Shown: in pieces, positions 9,605 through 19,523 of the stretch
How the letters are laid out: each line of letters opens with the position of its first letter
Numbering within the stretch: the stretch's first letter is position 1
Assembly (NCBI GenBank): GCA_964608985.1
Contig: CAZSQU010000001.1
Span: 89,851-153,850 of the forward strand
From: an uncultured Spirochaetales bacterium
Lineage (GTDB): Bacteria; Spirochaetota; GWE2-31-10; CAYYKD01
Direction of reading: 5' to 3'
DNA length: 64,000 bases
The notes under the pieces: generated by a model
What the model was told of the DNA's origin: nothing
Databases searched by the model: none
Seen by the model: the letters and a program-made list of their open reading frames with translations, nothing else
Made by a program: the position numbers and the translations under genes

Positions 9605-9769
9605 TCTTGATTAATTTTAAATTTGAGGGTATATTGTTATGGTCAAAAAAGCAAAAGTTAGAAATCCTAAGAGAATAAGAGAACTAAGAATTCGGATAAA
9701 TACTCAGGCCTATCTGCAACTGGCTATTTTAAGAATAGCTTTGCTACTAACAAAGGAGTTTATTACTAA

Positions 9770-10378
9770 TTGAGCAGAAAGAACCAGAACAAAAAATACC
9801 GCCCACCTAATAAAATAAAGAAAAGTCCATATAAAGTTTTATCAACTAATATAGATAGTTCTAACAACAATACTGAGAACTCAGAAGCAAATATTAAAAT
9901 TATTAAAAAAATTGAGATAACTAAAAAAAGTTTGAATACAATTAAATCATCAAATAATCGTGACAATCGTTTAAATGATCAAAGAAAAAACAAGAAAAAT
10001 CCTTTAAATCTTAATCAAGATAAGAATAATGATAAAAATATTAAATCGTTAGTACAAAAAAAACAAAGAGATAAAACACAAAGATTGATAATACCATATA
10101 CTGTTTCTGCTCCCACAAAAGAAACATGTTCGATTTGCAACAAAACAATATATCAGATGTCTCAAGCACTTTTTGATTCAGAAAAATCTTTTGTTGTACA
10201 TTTTGATTGCGCTGTTGAATCGATAAAAAAAAGAGGTTTATTAAATCAAACTCAAAAAATTGTTTATTTAGGATCAAACAAATTTGCTGTAGTTGAGGAT
10301 GTAAAAAACTCTGAAAATAGATCAGGGTTTAAAATTATAAAGACATACGAAACAGCAAATTTAATCAAACAATTATGA
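9770..10378 (+). CDS. Lysine/asparagine-rich hypothetical protein with a C-terminal Cys/His cluster
   Basis: TTG start immediately after an in-frame TAA. AAGGAG upstream. Highly basic low-complexity N-terminal 120 aa. C-terminal 'CSICNKTIYQ...HFDC' may bind zinc. Confidence 0.4.
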   Translation: MSRKNQNKKYRPPNKIKKSPYKVLSTNIDSSNNNTENSEANIKIIKKIEITKKSLNTIKSSNNRDNRLNDQRKNKKNPLNLNQDKNNDKNIKSLVQKKQRDKTQRLIIPYTVSAPTKETCSICNKTIYQMSQALFDSEKSFVVHFDCAVESIKKRGLLNQTQKIVYLGSNKFAVVEDVKNSENRSGFKIIKTYETANLIKQL

Positions 10379-11691
10379 AAAAAGTATTTTTTGAAACATA
10401 CGGTTGTCAAATGAACAAAGCTGACTCTGACAACCTCTCTTTAGAATTAACAAATAACGGTTATATAATCACATCCTCAAAAAACGATGCCGATATTATA
10501 ATAATCAATACATGTAGCGTAAGAAAAAGTGCTGAAACTCGGATTTGGGGGCGATTGGGCTTTTATAAGGAATTATCCCGTAGAAAGGCATTTAAGTTAA
10601 TTGTAATGGGTTGTATGGCAGAACGATTAAAAGAAGATCTGATAAAGTCAAAATTTCCTGTTGATATCGTCGTTGGAACTGCAAATAAAAAGAAATTAAT
10701 TTCAATCTTAAAAAATGAAAATATTAACACAAAAACAGTATTAACCGGAGTAGATAATTTTAATGATTTTTTTAATTATTCTGCTCCTTCCACAGAGAAT
10801 TCACTAAGGTCTTATGTAAATATTAGTCACGGCTGTAATAATTACTGTTCTTATTGTATTGTACCATTTTTAAGAGGTAGTGAAAAATCAAGACCTCACA
10901 ATGAAATAATTGCAGATATAAATAATTTAACAGAAAAAGGTGTAAAAGAGGTTATCTTACTAGGACAAAATGTTAATTCTTATGGTCTTGATATTAATGA
11001 TATAAATTTTCCTAAGCTACTTAGATTAATATCAAAAGAAACTTCTATAGAAAATATAAAATATATATCAAGTCATCCTAAGGATTTTACAGATGAATTA
11101 ATAGATGAGATTATAACAAACAATAGAGTTTCAAAATGGGTACATCTTGCATTACAATCCGGATCAGATCAAATACTTGAAAAAATGAATAGAAAATACA
11201 CATCAGATACATATAAGAAAATTGTTTATAAACTAAAGAAGAATGTTCCGGACTTATTTTTGACTACAGATATAATAGTAGGATTTTGCGGTGAAACAAA
11301 TGCTGATTATCAATTAACAAAGGATTTAATGATTGACATAAGATTTGACGATGCATATATGTATAAATATAATGTCAGAGAGGGAACAACAGCTGCAAAA
11401 AATATGATCGACGATATTCCTGATAATATTAAAATTGATAGATTAACAGAGATAATAAATATACAGAATAACATAGGGTATGAAAATAAACAAAAAAGGA
11501 TAGGAGATGTTTATTTATCTATACCAGAGAATAATACAACCAGAAAAAAAGGGCAGATTCATTCTATGTCATTTAATAACATACCTATTGTATTTGACGG
11601 AGATATTGAAAATGACACGAAAAAACCTTTAAAACTTAGAATCATAGATATATCCGGTTCAACCATGATAGGGGAAAAAGGTGAAAAATAA
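10375..11691 (+). CDS. miaB: tRNA-2-methylthio-N6-dimethylallyladenosine synthase MiaB
   Basis: 'ETYGCQMNKADS', 'INTCSVR', 'GCM' and radical-SAM 'HGCNNYCSYCIVPFLRGSEKSR', with a C-terminal TRAM domain. Confidence 0.85.
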   Translation: MKKVFFETYGCQMNKADSDNLSLELTNNGYIITSSKNDADIIIINTCSVRKSAETRIWGRLGFYKELSRRKAFKLIVMGCMAERLKEDLIKSKFPVDIVVGTANKKKLISILKNENINTKTVLTGVDNFNDFFNYSAPSTENSLRSYVNISHGCNNYCSYCIVPFLRGSEKSRPHNEIIADINNLTEKGVKEVILLGQNVNSYGLDINDINFPKLLRLISKETSIENIKYISSHPKDFTDELIDEIITNNRVSKWVHLALQSGSDQILEKMNRKYTSDTYKKIVYKLKKNVPDLFLTTDIIVGFCGETNADYQLTKDLMIDIRFDDAYMYKYNVREGTTAAKNMIDDIPDNIKIDRLTEIINIQNNIGYENKQKRIGDVYLSIPENNTTRKKGQIHSMSFNNIPIVFDGDIENDTKKPLKLRIIDISGSTMIGEKGEK

Positions 11692-12805
11692 AATATTAAT
11701 TCTATTTTTTATGATTTTAAATAATTTTCTTTTTTCTACAATAAATGATGATATAAGATCAGCTGAATTACTTTTTAAAGTTAACAACTATAATGGCGGT
11801 ATTACTATATTAAAAAATTTAATTAGGAATAATCCGACCTATATTGAAAATGATAAGATACAATTATTAATCGCAAGAAATACTCGAGTATTAAACGAGT
11901 CAATTTCAGAATATAATAAATTTCTAACTGAATATTCTAATTCAAGGTTTCAATTTATAGCGAGATATGAATTGGCAATATTATTATTTCAAAATAGTAA
12001 ATATGATGAGTCTTATAGTGAATTCTTTAGACTTTCACAATTATCAAGAGGCACTCCTTATTGGCAAAAATCTTTATTATACCTTGGAATTATTGAATTA
12101 AGAAACAATAGGTTTATTAATGCATTATCCATATATTATCGCTTACTTGAGAATCTGGATGACTATGATGACTTTTGTAAAACCTATTTCTATATAGGTT
12201 ATCTTTATTTTGTACAAAATCAGTATGATGATGCTGAACACTTTTTTTTAATATCTGCGGGATCATTTCCTTCGGGGTCTATGGCAATATCATCTTTGTT
12301 TTATTTATTAAAAATATACAGTATTCAAAATAGAAAACTAAGTTTTAATAAGATTTATTCTATTCTTACACAGTCTTACCCGGGTTCCAGAGAAGCAATA
12401 GATGCTATTCAAATAAAAAATACATTTAATAATGCTTTATCGACAGAACAAACCGCCGCTGATCTTATTATTTTAGTTGATTATAAAGACATCAGAAATC
12501 AAGCAATGGCAAGACTAATAAGCGATATTGATCTTTCTCTTTTTAAATTTGAGGATCAGATAGAACAACAGGCAAGGTATTTCTTACAATTAGGTTTCTA
12601 TTCAGATAAGAATAATGCCGAAAGATTTATTAATCAAATACGCTCATCTATAGAGATAAATCCTCTAATTATTACAGTTCAAAACAATAACAGAACTTTT
12701 TACAGAGTTTTAATTGGTCCGTATCAAACAAGAGAGATAGCAAACAACAATCTTATTCAACTAAAAGAAAAGAATATCGAATCAATAATTCTTGAAATGG
12801 ATTAA
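11681..12805 (+). CDS. TPR-repeat protein with C-terminal SPOR (peptidoglycan-binding) domain
   Basis: N-terminal hydrophobic segment and TPR-like repeats. C-terminal 'YFLQLGFYSDKNNAERF...TFYRVLIGPYQTREIANNN' matches the SPOR pattern. Overlaps the end of miaB. Confidence 0.6.
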   Translation: MKNKILILFFMILNNFLFSTINDDIRSAELLFKVNNYNGGITILKNLIRNNPTYIENDKIQLLIARNTRVLNESISEYNKFLTEYSNSRFQFIARYELAILLFQNSKYDESYSEFFRLSQLSRGTPYWQKSLLYLGIIELRNNRFINALSIYYRLLENLDDYDDFCKTYFYIGYLYFVQNQYDDAEHFFLISAGSFPSGSMAISSLFYLLKIYSIQNRKLSFNKIYSILTQSYPGSREAIDAIQIKNTFNNALSTEQTAADLIILVDYKDIRNQAMARLISDIDLSLFKFEDQIEQQARYFLQLGFYSDKNNAERFINQIRSSIEINPLIITVQNNNRTFYRVLIGPYQTREIANNNLIQLKEKNIESIILEMD

Positions 12806-12810
12806 AACTG

Positions 12811-15420
12811 ATGATTGATCTTAAAATAACTCCAATGATGCAGCAATTTAATGATTTTAAAAAGCAGCAACCTGATGCATTTTTATTTTTCAGATGTGGT
12901 GATTTTTATGAACTTTTTGGTAATGATGCTTTAAAAGCCTCACAAATAATGGATATTACACTTACTAAAAGGCAAGATATTCCTATGTGTGGAGTTCCTT
13001 ATCATTCTGTTGATTTCTATTTAAATAAAATGATTAAAGCAGGAAAAAAAGTAGCAATTTGCGAACAGATAGAAGATCCAAAATTAGCTAAAGGTATTGT
13101 AAAACGAGCTATTACACAAATTGTTACACCGGGTAATATTATTGATGAAAAATTGATTAATTCATTCATCAATAACTATCTTGCATCGATCAATAAACAC
13201 GGCATATTTTATGAGTTATCATACATTGATATATCAACAGGTGAATTCTATTATCAAGAGTTTAAATCAACAGATATAAACTCTCTTTTTTCGGAATTGT
13301 TAAAAATAACCCCCAGAGAAATAATTATTTCAGATCTATTATATAATGACAACTCAACAATTTATAATTTTTTAAATACCTTTAATGAATTATTGATAAA
13401 CCATATACCTGAATGGATATTTAATGATGAAAATACCCATTTAATTCTAAAAAATCATTTCAATGTTGATAATATTAATTTAATATTTGATCAACCAATT
13501 AATACTCAATTATCTACGCCGGCTGTTTTACTAAAATACCTAAAAGAATACAATAAATCAGATATAAGTCATATAAATAAAATTATTTTTTCCGGTTTTA
13601 ATGAAACAATGTATCTTGATATCAGTACAATAAAAAATCTTGAATTATTAAAAAATAATAATGATCACACAACAGAGAATTCATTATTTATGCTTCTTGA
13701 TAGAACAAATACTAACATGGGAAAAAGACTATTAAAAAGATGGATAATTGAACCGCTTATAGTCATGGAAAAAATCAATAAAAGAAACTCAATTGTTGAG
13801 ATGTTTTTTAGGAATTCAAAACTTCTGAGAGCTACATCAAAACTTCTTTCAAACATTAATGATCTAGAAAGATTAATTACCAGAGTGATGATGAATAGAG
13901 CAACTCCAAAAGATCTAATTTCAATAAAATGCTCTCTAAATTCAATATCTGAACTCAAATCATTATTTGTTAATTATCAGGCAATATATAATATTTTTAT
14001 TAATCTAAATAATACCAATGATCTGACTAAGTTAATTGAGTTAAATATAAGAGAAGATGCCCCGACTTCTGTAAATGAAGGCGGAATAATCAAAGAAAAT
14101 ATTAACCCCGAACTTGATAAACTCCATAAGCTTACCGGAGATATAAAAGGTTACATAAACGAATTAGAAGTATCAGAACGAAAAAAACTTGGTTTACCAA
14201 CTTTAAAGATTAAATATAATAGAATTCTTGGTTACTTTTTTGAGGTTTCCAGACTTCAATCTGAGCATATCGGTTCTGAATATATACTGAAACAATCTTT
14301 GGTTAATGTATCGAGGTTTACAACAAAAGAACTCTCAGAAATTGACTCAAGAATTGTCGAGGCACGGGAAAGAATTAACGATATCGAGTTTGATTTATTT
14401 AACTCGATTATTGAAGCAGTTAAACTTAGAAGTAATGATATTCAAAAACAAGCTGTAGTTGTTGCTGAAACTGATGTACTTGTTTCATTTGCTGAAATTG
14501 CAGTAGAAAATGGTTATATTAAACCTAATTTATCTGAAAACTCAATACTCAAGATTAAAAACGGAAGACACCCTATTGTTGAAACAAAAATTGATACAGA
14601 TAAGTTTGTCCCTAACGATCTTGATATGAATATTGACAATGTATATATTAATATAATTACCGGGCCTAACATGTCAGGAAAATCAACATTTTTAAGACAA
14701 AATGCATTAATAGTTCTTATGGCACAGATAGGATCTTTCGTTCCGGCAGAAGAAGCAAATATCGGTATAGTAGATAGAATTTTTTCAAGAATCGGATCTG
14801 GAGATAATCTTGCGAGGGGAGAATCTACATTTTTTGTAGAGATGTCTGAAGCTGCCGGAATTATTAAGAATGCAACAAATAGAAGTTTTATTATACTTGA
14901 TGAAATAGGGCGAGGCACAAGTACATACGACGGTTTATCTATTGCTCAATCAGTAATCGAATATATTGCCGATAGATCCAAAATCGGTGCTAAGACTCTT
15001 TTTGCTACGCATTATCATGAAATTACGAAGCTTTCAGAAAACTGCAATTCAATTATTAATAAATCAGTAAGCGTAATTGAGGAAAACGGGAAAGTTATAT
15101 TTTTGCACAAAATTGTTGATGGACCTGCGGAAAAAAGCTATGGAATATTCGTTGCAAAGCTCGCAGGGATGCCTGAAGATATTATAAGTAAAGCAAAAAC
15201 AATTCTTGATTCATTAGAAAAAGAAACAAATAGTAATACAAAAAAAACAGTTAATAATTCAAGTAGTAATGATTTTTTGTTTGATACTACGGACACAATA
15301 CACTACATATCAAAAGATGAACAGGCAGTCATAGAAAAAATTAAAAAAATAGATATAAATAATATGACGCCCATCCAATCCTTAAATATATTAAATGACC
15401 TAATGAAAAAATTAAAATAA
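12811..15420 (+). CDS. mutS: DNA mismatch repair protein MutS
   Basis: N-terminal 'TPMMQQF...FFRCGDFYELF'. Walker A 'GPNMSGKSTFLRQ'. 869 aa. Confidence 0.95.
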   Translation: MIDLKITPMMQQFNDFKKQQPDAFLFFRCGDFYELFGNDALKASQIMDITLTKRQDIPMCGVPYHSVDFYLNKMIKAGKKVAICEQIEDPKLAKGIVKRAITQIVTPGNIIDEKLINSFINNYLASINKHGIFYELSYIDISTGEFYYQEFKSTDINSLFSELLKITPREIIISDLLYNDNSTIYNFLNTFNELLINHIPEWIFNDENTHLILKNHFNVDNINLIFDQPINTQLSTPAVLLKYLKEYNKSDISHINKIIFSGFNETMYLDISTIKNLELLKNNNDHTTENSLFMLLDRTNTNMGKRLLKRWIIEPLIVMEKINKRNSIVEMFFRNSKLLRATSKLLSNINDLERLITRVMMNRATPKDLISIKCSLNSISELKSLFVNYQAIYNIFINLNNTNDLTKLIELNIREDAPTSVNEGGIIKENINPELDKLHKLTGDIKGYINELEVSERKKLGLPTLKIKYNRILGYFFEVSRLQSEHIGSEYILKQSLVNVSRFTTKELSEIDSRIVEARERINDIEFDLFNSIIEAVKLRSNDIQKQAVVVAETDVLVSFAEIAVENGYIKPNLSENSILKIKNGRHPIVETKIDTDKFVPNDLDMNIDNVYINIITGPNMSGKSTFLRQNALIVLMAQIGSFVPAEEANIGIVDRIFSRIGSGDNLARGESTFFVEMSEAAGIIKNATNRSFIILDEIGRGTSTYDGLSIAQSVIEYIADRSKIGAKTLFATHYHEITKLSENCNSIINKSVSVIEENGKVIFLHKIVDGPAEKSYGIFVAKLAGMPEDIISKAKTILDSLEKETNSNTKKTVNNSSSNDFLFDTTDTIHYISKDEQAVIEKIKKIDINNMTPIQSLNILNDLMKKLK

Positions 15421-15439
15421 CAAATTATTTTTTTTTAGA

Positions 15440-16168
15440 TTATTTATCTTTTAGGTCACGAATTTCTCTATTTGCTTCGATTAGTTGTTTTTCTATCTCT
15501 TTAATCCGCTCTAATCTATTTATACTTATCATAGATTCTTTTTCAAGATTAGTTTCAAGTTGTTCAATCATATTTTCAAAATCAGACATAATCTTAAACA
15601 TATCCTCCATAGCTTCTGTATAAAGTTCTTTAGCTTTCTTGGGGTCCTTTTTATTCAATTCTTTAAGATTATAAAAAGCTATTTTGGTTCCATCTTCATT
15701 TGCAATTACATTGGCTGTTCTTGATTGATTTGTAAGAAGAGCGGCAGCACCAAAACTATCACCGACATTATAAATATGACCTTTGTTTGTATCAACAAAA
15801 ACTGATCCTCTTACAACTTCGCAAATCGAAGAAGCCACATCGCCTTTTTTGATTACTATTTCATCTTTTTTAAACTCAACAAATTTAACTGCTTCATTTT
15901 GATTTAATAAAGAAGATCTTGTTGATCCTATCTGTTCATATACACCGGAAACCTTTTTAATAACCGGTTTTGTTAAATTGTGACTTCTTCCATGAATAGA
16001 ATCGTGTTTAATATTAGCCATGTCCTTGGCAATTTTGACCGCTTCACTTTCTACATCAGCTTCAGTCATACCCATAATATTTTGGTTTACGACAATATCA
16101 ACATTAAAAGAACACCCCGGATGTGAACAAGAAACCCTAAAAACACCTTTACTTAGTTTAAATCCCAT
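15440..16168 (-). CDS. Cyclic-nucleotide-binding (CAP_ED) domain protein with a C-terminal coiled coil and no HTH
   Basis: Central cNMP-binding fold ('VKFVEFKKDEIVIKKGDVASSICEVVRGSVFV...GDSFGAAALLTNQSRTANVIA'). N-terminal 'CSHPGC'. Heptad-rich C-terminal 60 aa. Lies 47 nt downstream of the HD-GYP gene. Confidence 0.6.
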   Translation of the reverse strand: MGFKLSKGVFRVSCSHPGCSFNVDIVVNQNIMGMTEADVESEAVKIAKDMANIKHDSIHGRSHNLTKPVIKKVSGVYEQIGSTRSSLLNQNEAVKFVEFKKDEIVIKKGDVASSICEVVRGSVFVDTNKGHIYNVGDSFGAAALLTNQSRTANVIANEDGTKIAFYNLKELNKKDPKKAKELYTEAMEDMFKIMSDFENMIEQLETNLEKESMISINRLERIKEIEKQLIEANREIRDLKDK

Positions 16169-16215
16169 AATAAACCTCTTAATAATTAACTTTAATATAA
16201 TAAATAACGAACAAA

Positions 16216-17499
16216 CTATTCGTCATAATTGATATTTTTTAAAAATGATTCAACATTTAAAAATGCTTCAACAACCTTCGGATCAAATTGTTTTCCGGAC
16301 TCGCTCCTAATTATATCAACAGCCTCAGAATGTGGTCTATTTTTATCATATGATCTTGTTGCTCTTATTGCATCGTATGTGTCTGCTACTGAAACAATTC
16401 GTGCCGGAATAGGGATATCATTTCCTGCAAGTTTACTGGGGTAACCTGTTCCATTCCATTTTTCATGATGATATAAACATATCTGATATGGTATTTGCAA
16501 AAAATCAATATAAGATATGAAACCATGCATTGTAGAAAAGGAATTCATTATTTTACGGATGTATTCACTGCCTATTATTGTATGATTCTTAATAACCCTT
16601 AACTCATCATCGGTAAGTTTAGTGTTTTTTGATAGTATATCTTTTGGAATAGCCATTTTTCCTATATCGTGAAGAACCGATGTATAATTAATATCTTTAA
16701 TGTATTCTTCAAGATCGTAATTTTCAATCTCGATGTAATTGAGTCTTTTACATTCTGTAGATATATATGTTGTTATCTCTCTAATTCTTTGCAGATGGAT
16801 TGAGGTTTCATGATTGTACTCCTCAACTAAAGAACATGTTAGAGAAATAAGCATTTGTTTATGCATCTCAATAGTTTTTTTTGCTCGCATCAGATTAAAG
16901 TTCGTAACTGATAGGGTTGTAATCAAGGAATCGGTTTTTTGAAAATATGCAAGTTCAACATTCGCTGAGCAATTTTCAAAATTCAATTGGTAAATAAATC
17001 TGTTAATCTGTTTATTATAATGTAATACGCCGGTTATTTTAAAATAAAGATATGGATGAATATGATCTTCTTCAATTTTGAAGTTCTTGATCATTATTGG
17101 AAAAATAATATCATCAATTTTAATTTCTACACCTTCTTCGGTATTTAATGGAAGATACTTTTCAAATAAAATATCAATATAAAAAGAATCCTGAAATTCT
17201 TCCTTCGTCATTTCTATCTCTTTTAATAGATCGTCTGATATTTTAATTATCTTTCTGTGTTGATCTATTAATAATTGAAATTTATCCATACTCAGTTTTT
17301 CAATAATTTTTTTTACCTGAGAATTACTATTTTTAATCAGATAGGTATATCTTTTTTTTAATAGTATGTAGTTCATTAATAATCTTTTAAATGCAATCTT
17401 ATTTTTTTTTAGTGAAGCTAAAGCAATCTTATATTTTTTCTCAATATTTGAGTTTTCTTTGGTTTTATTTTGTAAACTATCTTTTTTTATAATATTCAT
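16216..17499 (-). CDS. HD-GYP domain phosphodiesterase (c-di-GMP-specific type) with an uncharacterised N-terminal 270-aa domain
   Basis: 'HDIGKMAIP' HD motif and 'YHHEKWNGTGYP' GYP motif. No transmembrane segment. Confidence 0.8.
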   Translation of the reverse strand: MNIIKKDSLQNKTKENSNIEKKYKIALASLKKNKIAFKRLLMNYILLKKRYTYLIKNSNSQVKKIIEKLSMDKFQLLIDQHRKIIKISDDLLKEIEMTKEEFQDSFYIDILFEKYLPLNTEEGVEIKIDDIIFPIMIKNFKIEEDHIHPYLYFKITGVLHYNKQINRFIYQLNFENCSANVELAYFQKTDSLITTLSVTNFNLMRAKKTIEMHKQMLISLTCSLVEEYNHETSIHLQRIREITTYISTECKRLNYIEIENYDLEEYIKDINYTSVLHDIGKMAIPKDILSKNTKLTDDELRVIKNHTIIGSEYIRKIMNSFSTMHGFISYIDFLQIPYQICLYHHEKWNGTGYPSKLAGNDIPIPARIVSVADTYDAIRATRSYDKNRPHSEAVDIIRSESGKQFDPKVVEAFLNVESFLKNINYDE

Positions 17500-17500
17500 A

Positions 17501-18205
17501 TTATCTGATTTTTAACCTGCTTAAAAAATATACAATTGTTTCCAACGGATCCTTATTTACTCTTACCGATATTGTTTCTCTCTCGGTTATACCATATTCT
17601 GAAAGTTCATAGAAATTTGCTGGTTCATACTTTTTTCTGCCACCTTCAAATAATTCAGGTCTTTCAACTATCATAAACTCAACAGAATAGTAAGGGTCTC
17701 CTGTAACCCGTAATTCTCCGAAGGATTTATTATATGCAGTATAATATTTTATTGTTCCAATACTAAACTCAGTATTCGTCGAAACACCATCAATATTTAC
17801 ACTAAAAACAGATATTGCAGATAAATTCCCTGAACCATCTATTGCTTGAATTTCATAATCTCCTGTTAACACTGAAGAATTGTTATTATATTCAATGAAA
17901 GAATATCCGTAATAGACGCTGTTTTGATATATCTGGCTATTAAGTGAATTATACGGGACTACCCATTTATATTGTGAATCAATATGTCTTATATAGACCT
18001 CACTAATATCTTCTAAGCCGTCATCATCACTGAGTTTAAAATACACGGAAAGAAATACCATATCATTATTTATATTAGGAAATGAGTTAGTTTGATATAT
18101 AATAATATTATAAAAAGGATAACTTAACGAAGGAGGTTCATTACCGCAGGATACTAAAAAAACTATTATTAAAATAATTATCAAAATATATATATACTTA
18201 AACAT
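17501..18205 (-). CDS. Lipoprotein, hypothetical
   Basis: Signal peptide ending in the lipobox 'LVSCG'. The stop lies 2 nt before the HD-GYP start, so the two are probably co-transcribed. Confidence 0.5.
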   Translation of the reverse strand: MFKYIYILIIILIIVFLVSCGNEPPSLSYPFYNIIIYQTNSFPNINNDMVFLSVYFKLSDDDGLEDISEVYIRHIDSQYKWVVPYNSLNSQIYQNSVYYGYSFIEYNNNSSVLTGDYEIQAIDGSGNLSAISVFSVNIDGVSTNTEFSIGTIKYYTAYNKSFGELRVTGDPYYSVEFMIVERPELFEGGRKKYEPANFYELSEYGITERETISVRVNKDPLETIVYFLSRLKIR

Positions 18206-18273
18206 TTCAAGATTATAAAAAAAAAAGAATTAAATGTCTATCGTAAAAATAATAAAAAATGATAATTATTATT

Positions 18274-18302
18274 TTGACATTTTTCATATCTTAATATATA
18301 AG
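18274..18302 (+). promoter_or_regulatory. Candidate sigma70 promoter for the 18344 lipoprotein gene
   Basis: TTGACA (18274-18279), a 17-nt spacer, and TATAAG (18297-18302), about 40 nt upstream of the start codon. Confidence 0.4.
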
Positions 18303-18343
18303 AATGAAATTGAATAGAACTTTTAAGTATTTAAAGGATATTA

Positions 18344-19522
18344 ATGGTTAAGTATCACCGATTTCTAATTATTTCAGTTATATTTTTTTCTATAATTACA
18401 GTTTCATGTTCAGATAAAAAAACAATAAAAATACTTACAAATGATTTATTGCTTCTCGAAACAAGAGCTCAGTTTATAAATAGTTCTAATATAACTGTTG
18501 TTATTGATTATGTTGATGTGCCTTGTATATACCGCTTTTATTATGATAGGGGATTTTATGACTATGATATAATCGCCGGTTATAAAAATTATTTTACCCC
18601 CTTTGAATCGAATTTGAAGGAAATTGATAGAAATGATTATGTAGTAACATCTGAGAATAAATACATAAAAGCTTTTGAAGAGTATTCTTTAAAAAATAGT
18701 GTTTCGATACTATATGGGATAGATACGCCTGTTTTTATTGAATATTTGCGTACTGGTAATAATAGTATATTCACAGAAAAATCGTTGAGTTATAATGAAT
18801 TCCATTTTAAAGTAATGGAATTTTCAAAAAAATTATATGAAGACTATTATGAATATGCATATATACCGGCAGCTACAAGTTTTTCTTTTCTTGAGTTTCT
18901 ATATATTTTAGCTGTTAAACCATTAAAAATTGATAATAAATTAAGAGTTGATTTTTTTCAGGCTCAAAATCTACCGAATTATTATTTTAACCCGTATAAT
19001 ATCGATCAATCAAGATTATCTCTGTATGAGAATACATCGATTTTAACTTCTCAAAAAAGGGCAACAGAATACTCCGGTACTGCATTACATTTTAATATTG
19101 ATTCTCTTTCTTCAAATTTTAAAATTCAATCAATTGAAAAAAGACAAATATATATTCAAGATAATCCTTATATTGGCGGTAGAATAAAATTACTTTCAAT
19201 AATTGATAATAAAAACCAATATATTAATAATTATATTTCTTATATTTTGAGCCCTAATGTACAAGAAATAATGAGCAATGCATCTTTAAACTATTCAATA
19301 CATGATAAAGTTCATCTTCCGGTTACCGACAGCTCTTACAAGATTTTTCAGAATGATGATCTTTATAACTATATTTCCAATCTTTCAGCTGATAACTATG
19401 AGGATACTAATCTTCATAATAAAATAGTTGAGGCATATAATCTGACAGTGGAACAGTATAATAACTCACTTTTCCCTGAAAGCGGATTTTTAAGCAATTT
19501 CGAGACTAATCTTAATAAATAA
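18344..19522 (+). CDS. Lipoprotein, hypothetical
   Basis: Signal peptide with lipobox 'TVSCSD'. No catalytic motifs. The stop lies 2 nt before the next gene. Confidence 0.5.
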   Translation: MVKYHRFLIISVIFFSIITVSCSDKKTIKILTNDLLLLETRAQFINSSNITVVIDYVDVPCIYRFYYDRGFYDYDIIAGYKNYFTPFESNLKEIDRNDYVVTSENKYIKAFEEYSLKNSVSILYGIDTPVFIEYLRTGNNSIFTEKSLSYNEFHFKVMEFSKKLYEDYYEYAYIPAATSFSFLEFLYILAVKPLKIDNKLRVDFFQAQNLPNYYFNPYNIDQSRLSLYENTSILTSQKRATEYSGTALHFNIDSLSSNFKIQSIEKRQIYIQDNPYIGGRIKLLSIIDNKNQYINNYISYILSPNVQEIMSNASLNYSIHDKVHLPVTDSSYKIFQNDDLYNYISNLSADNYEDTNLHNKIVEAYNLTVEQYNNSLFPESGFLSNFETNLNK

Positions 19523-19523
19523 T

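Noticed and set aside
9605-9769. 165-nt gap between the YraN gene and the K-rich gene considered as a small RNA
   Set aside because: Only weak, short complementarities were found. The AAGGAG and TTG start of the downstream ORF account for the 3' part. There is no terminator-like hairpin.
13665-14918. Two antisense ORFs (97 and 134 aa) inside mutS
   Set aside because: They lie entirely within a well-supported long CDS on the opposite strand and have no motifs. The same applies to the other 60-130-aa antisense ORFs inside parA, topA, ligA, hndC, hndD, pfp and the hybrid kinase.
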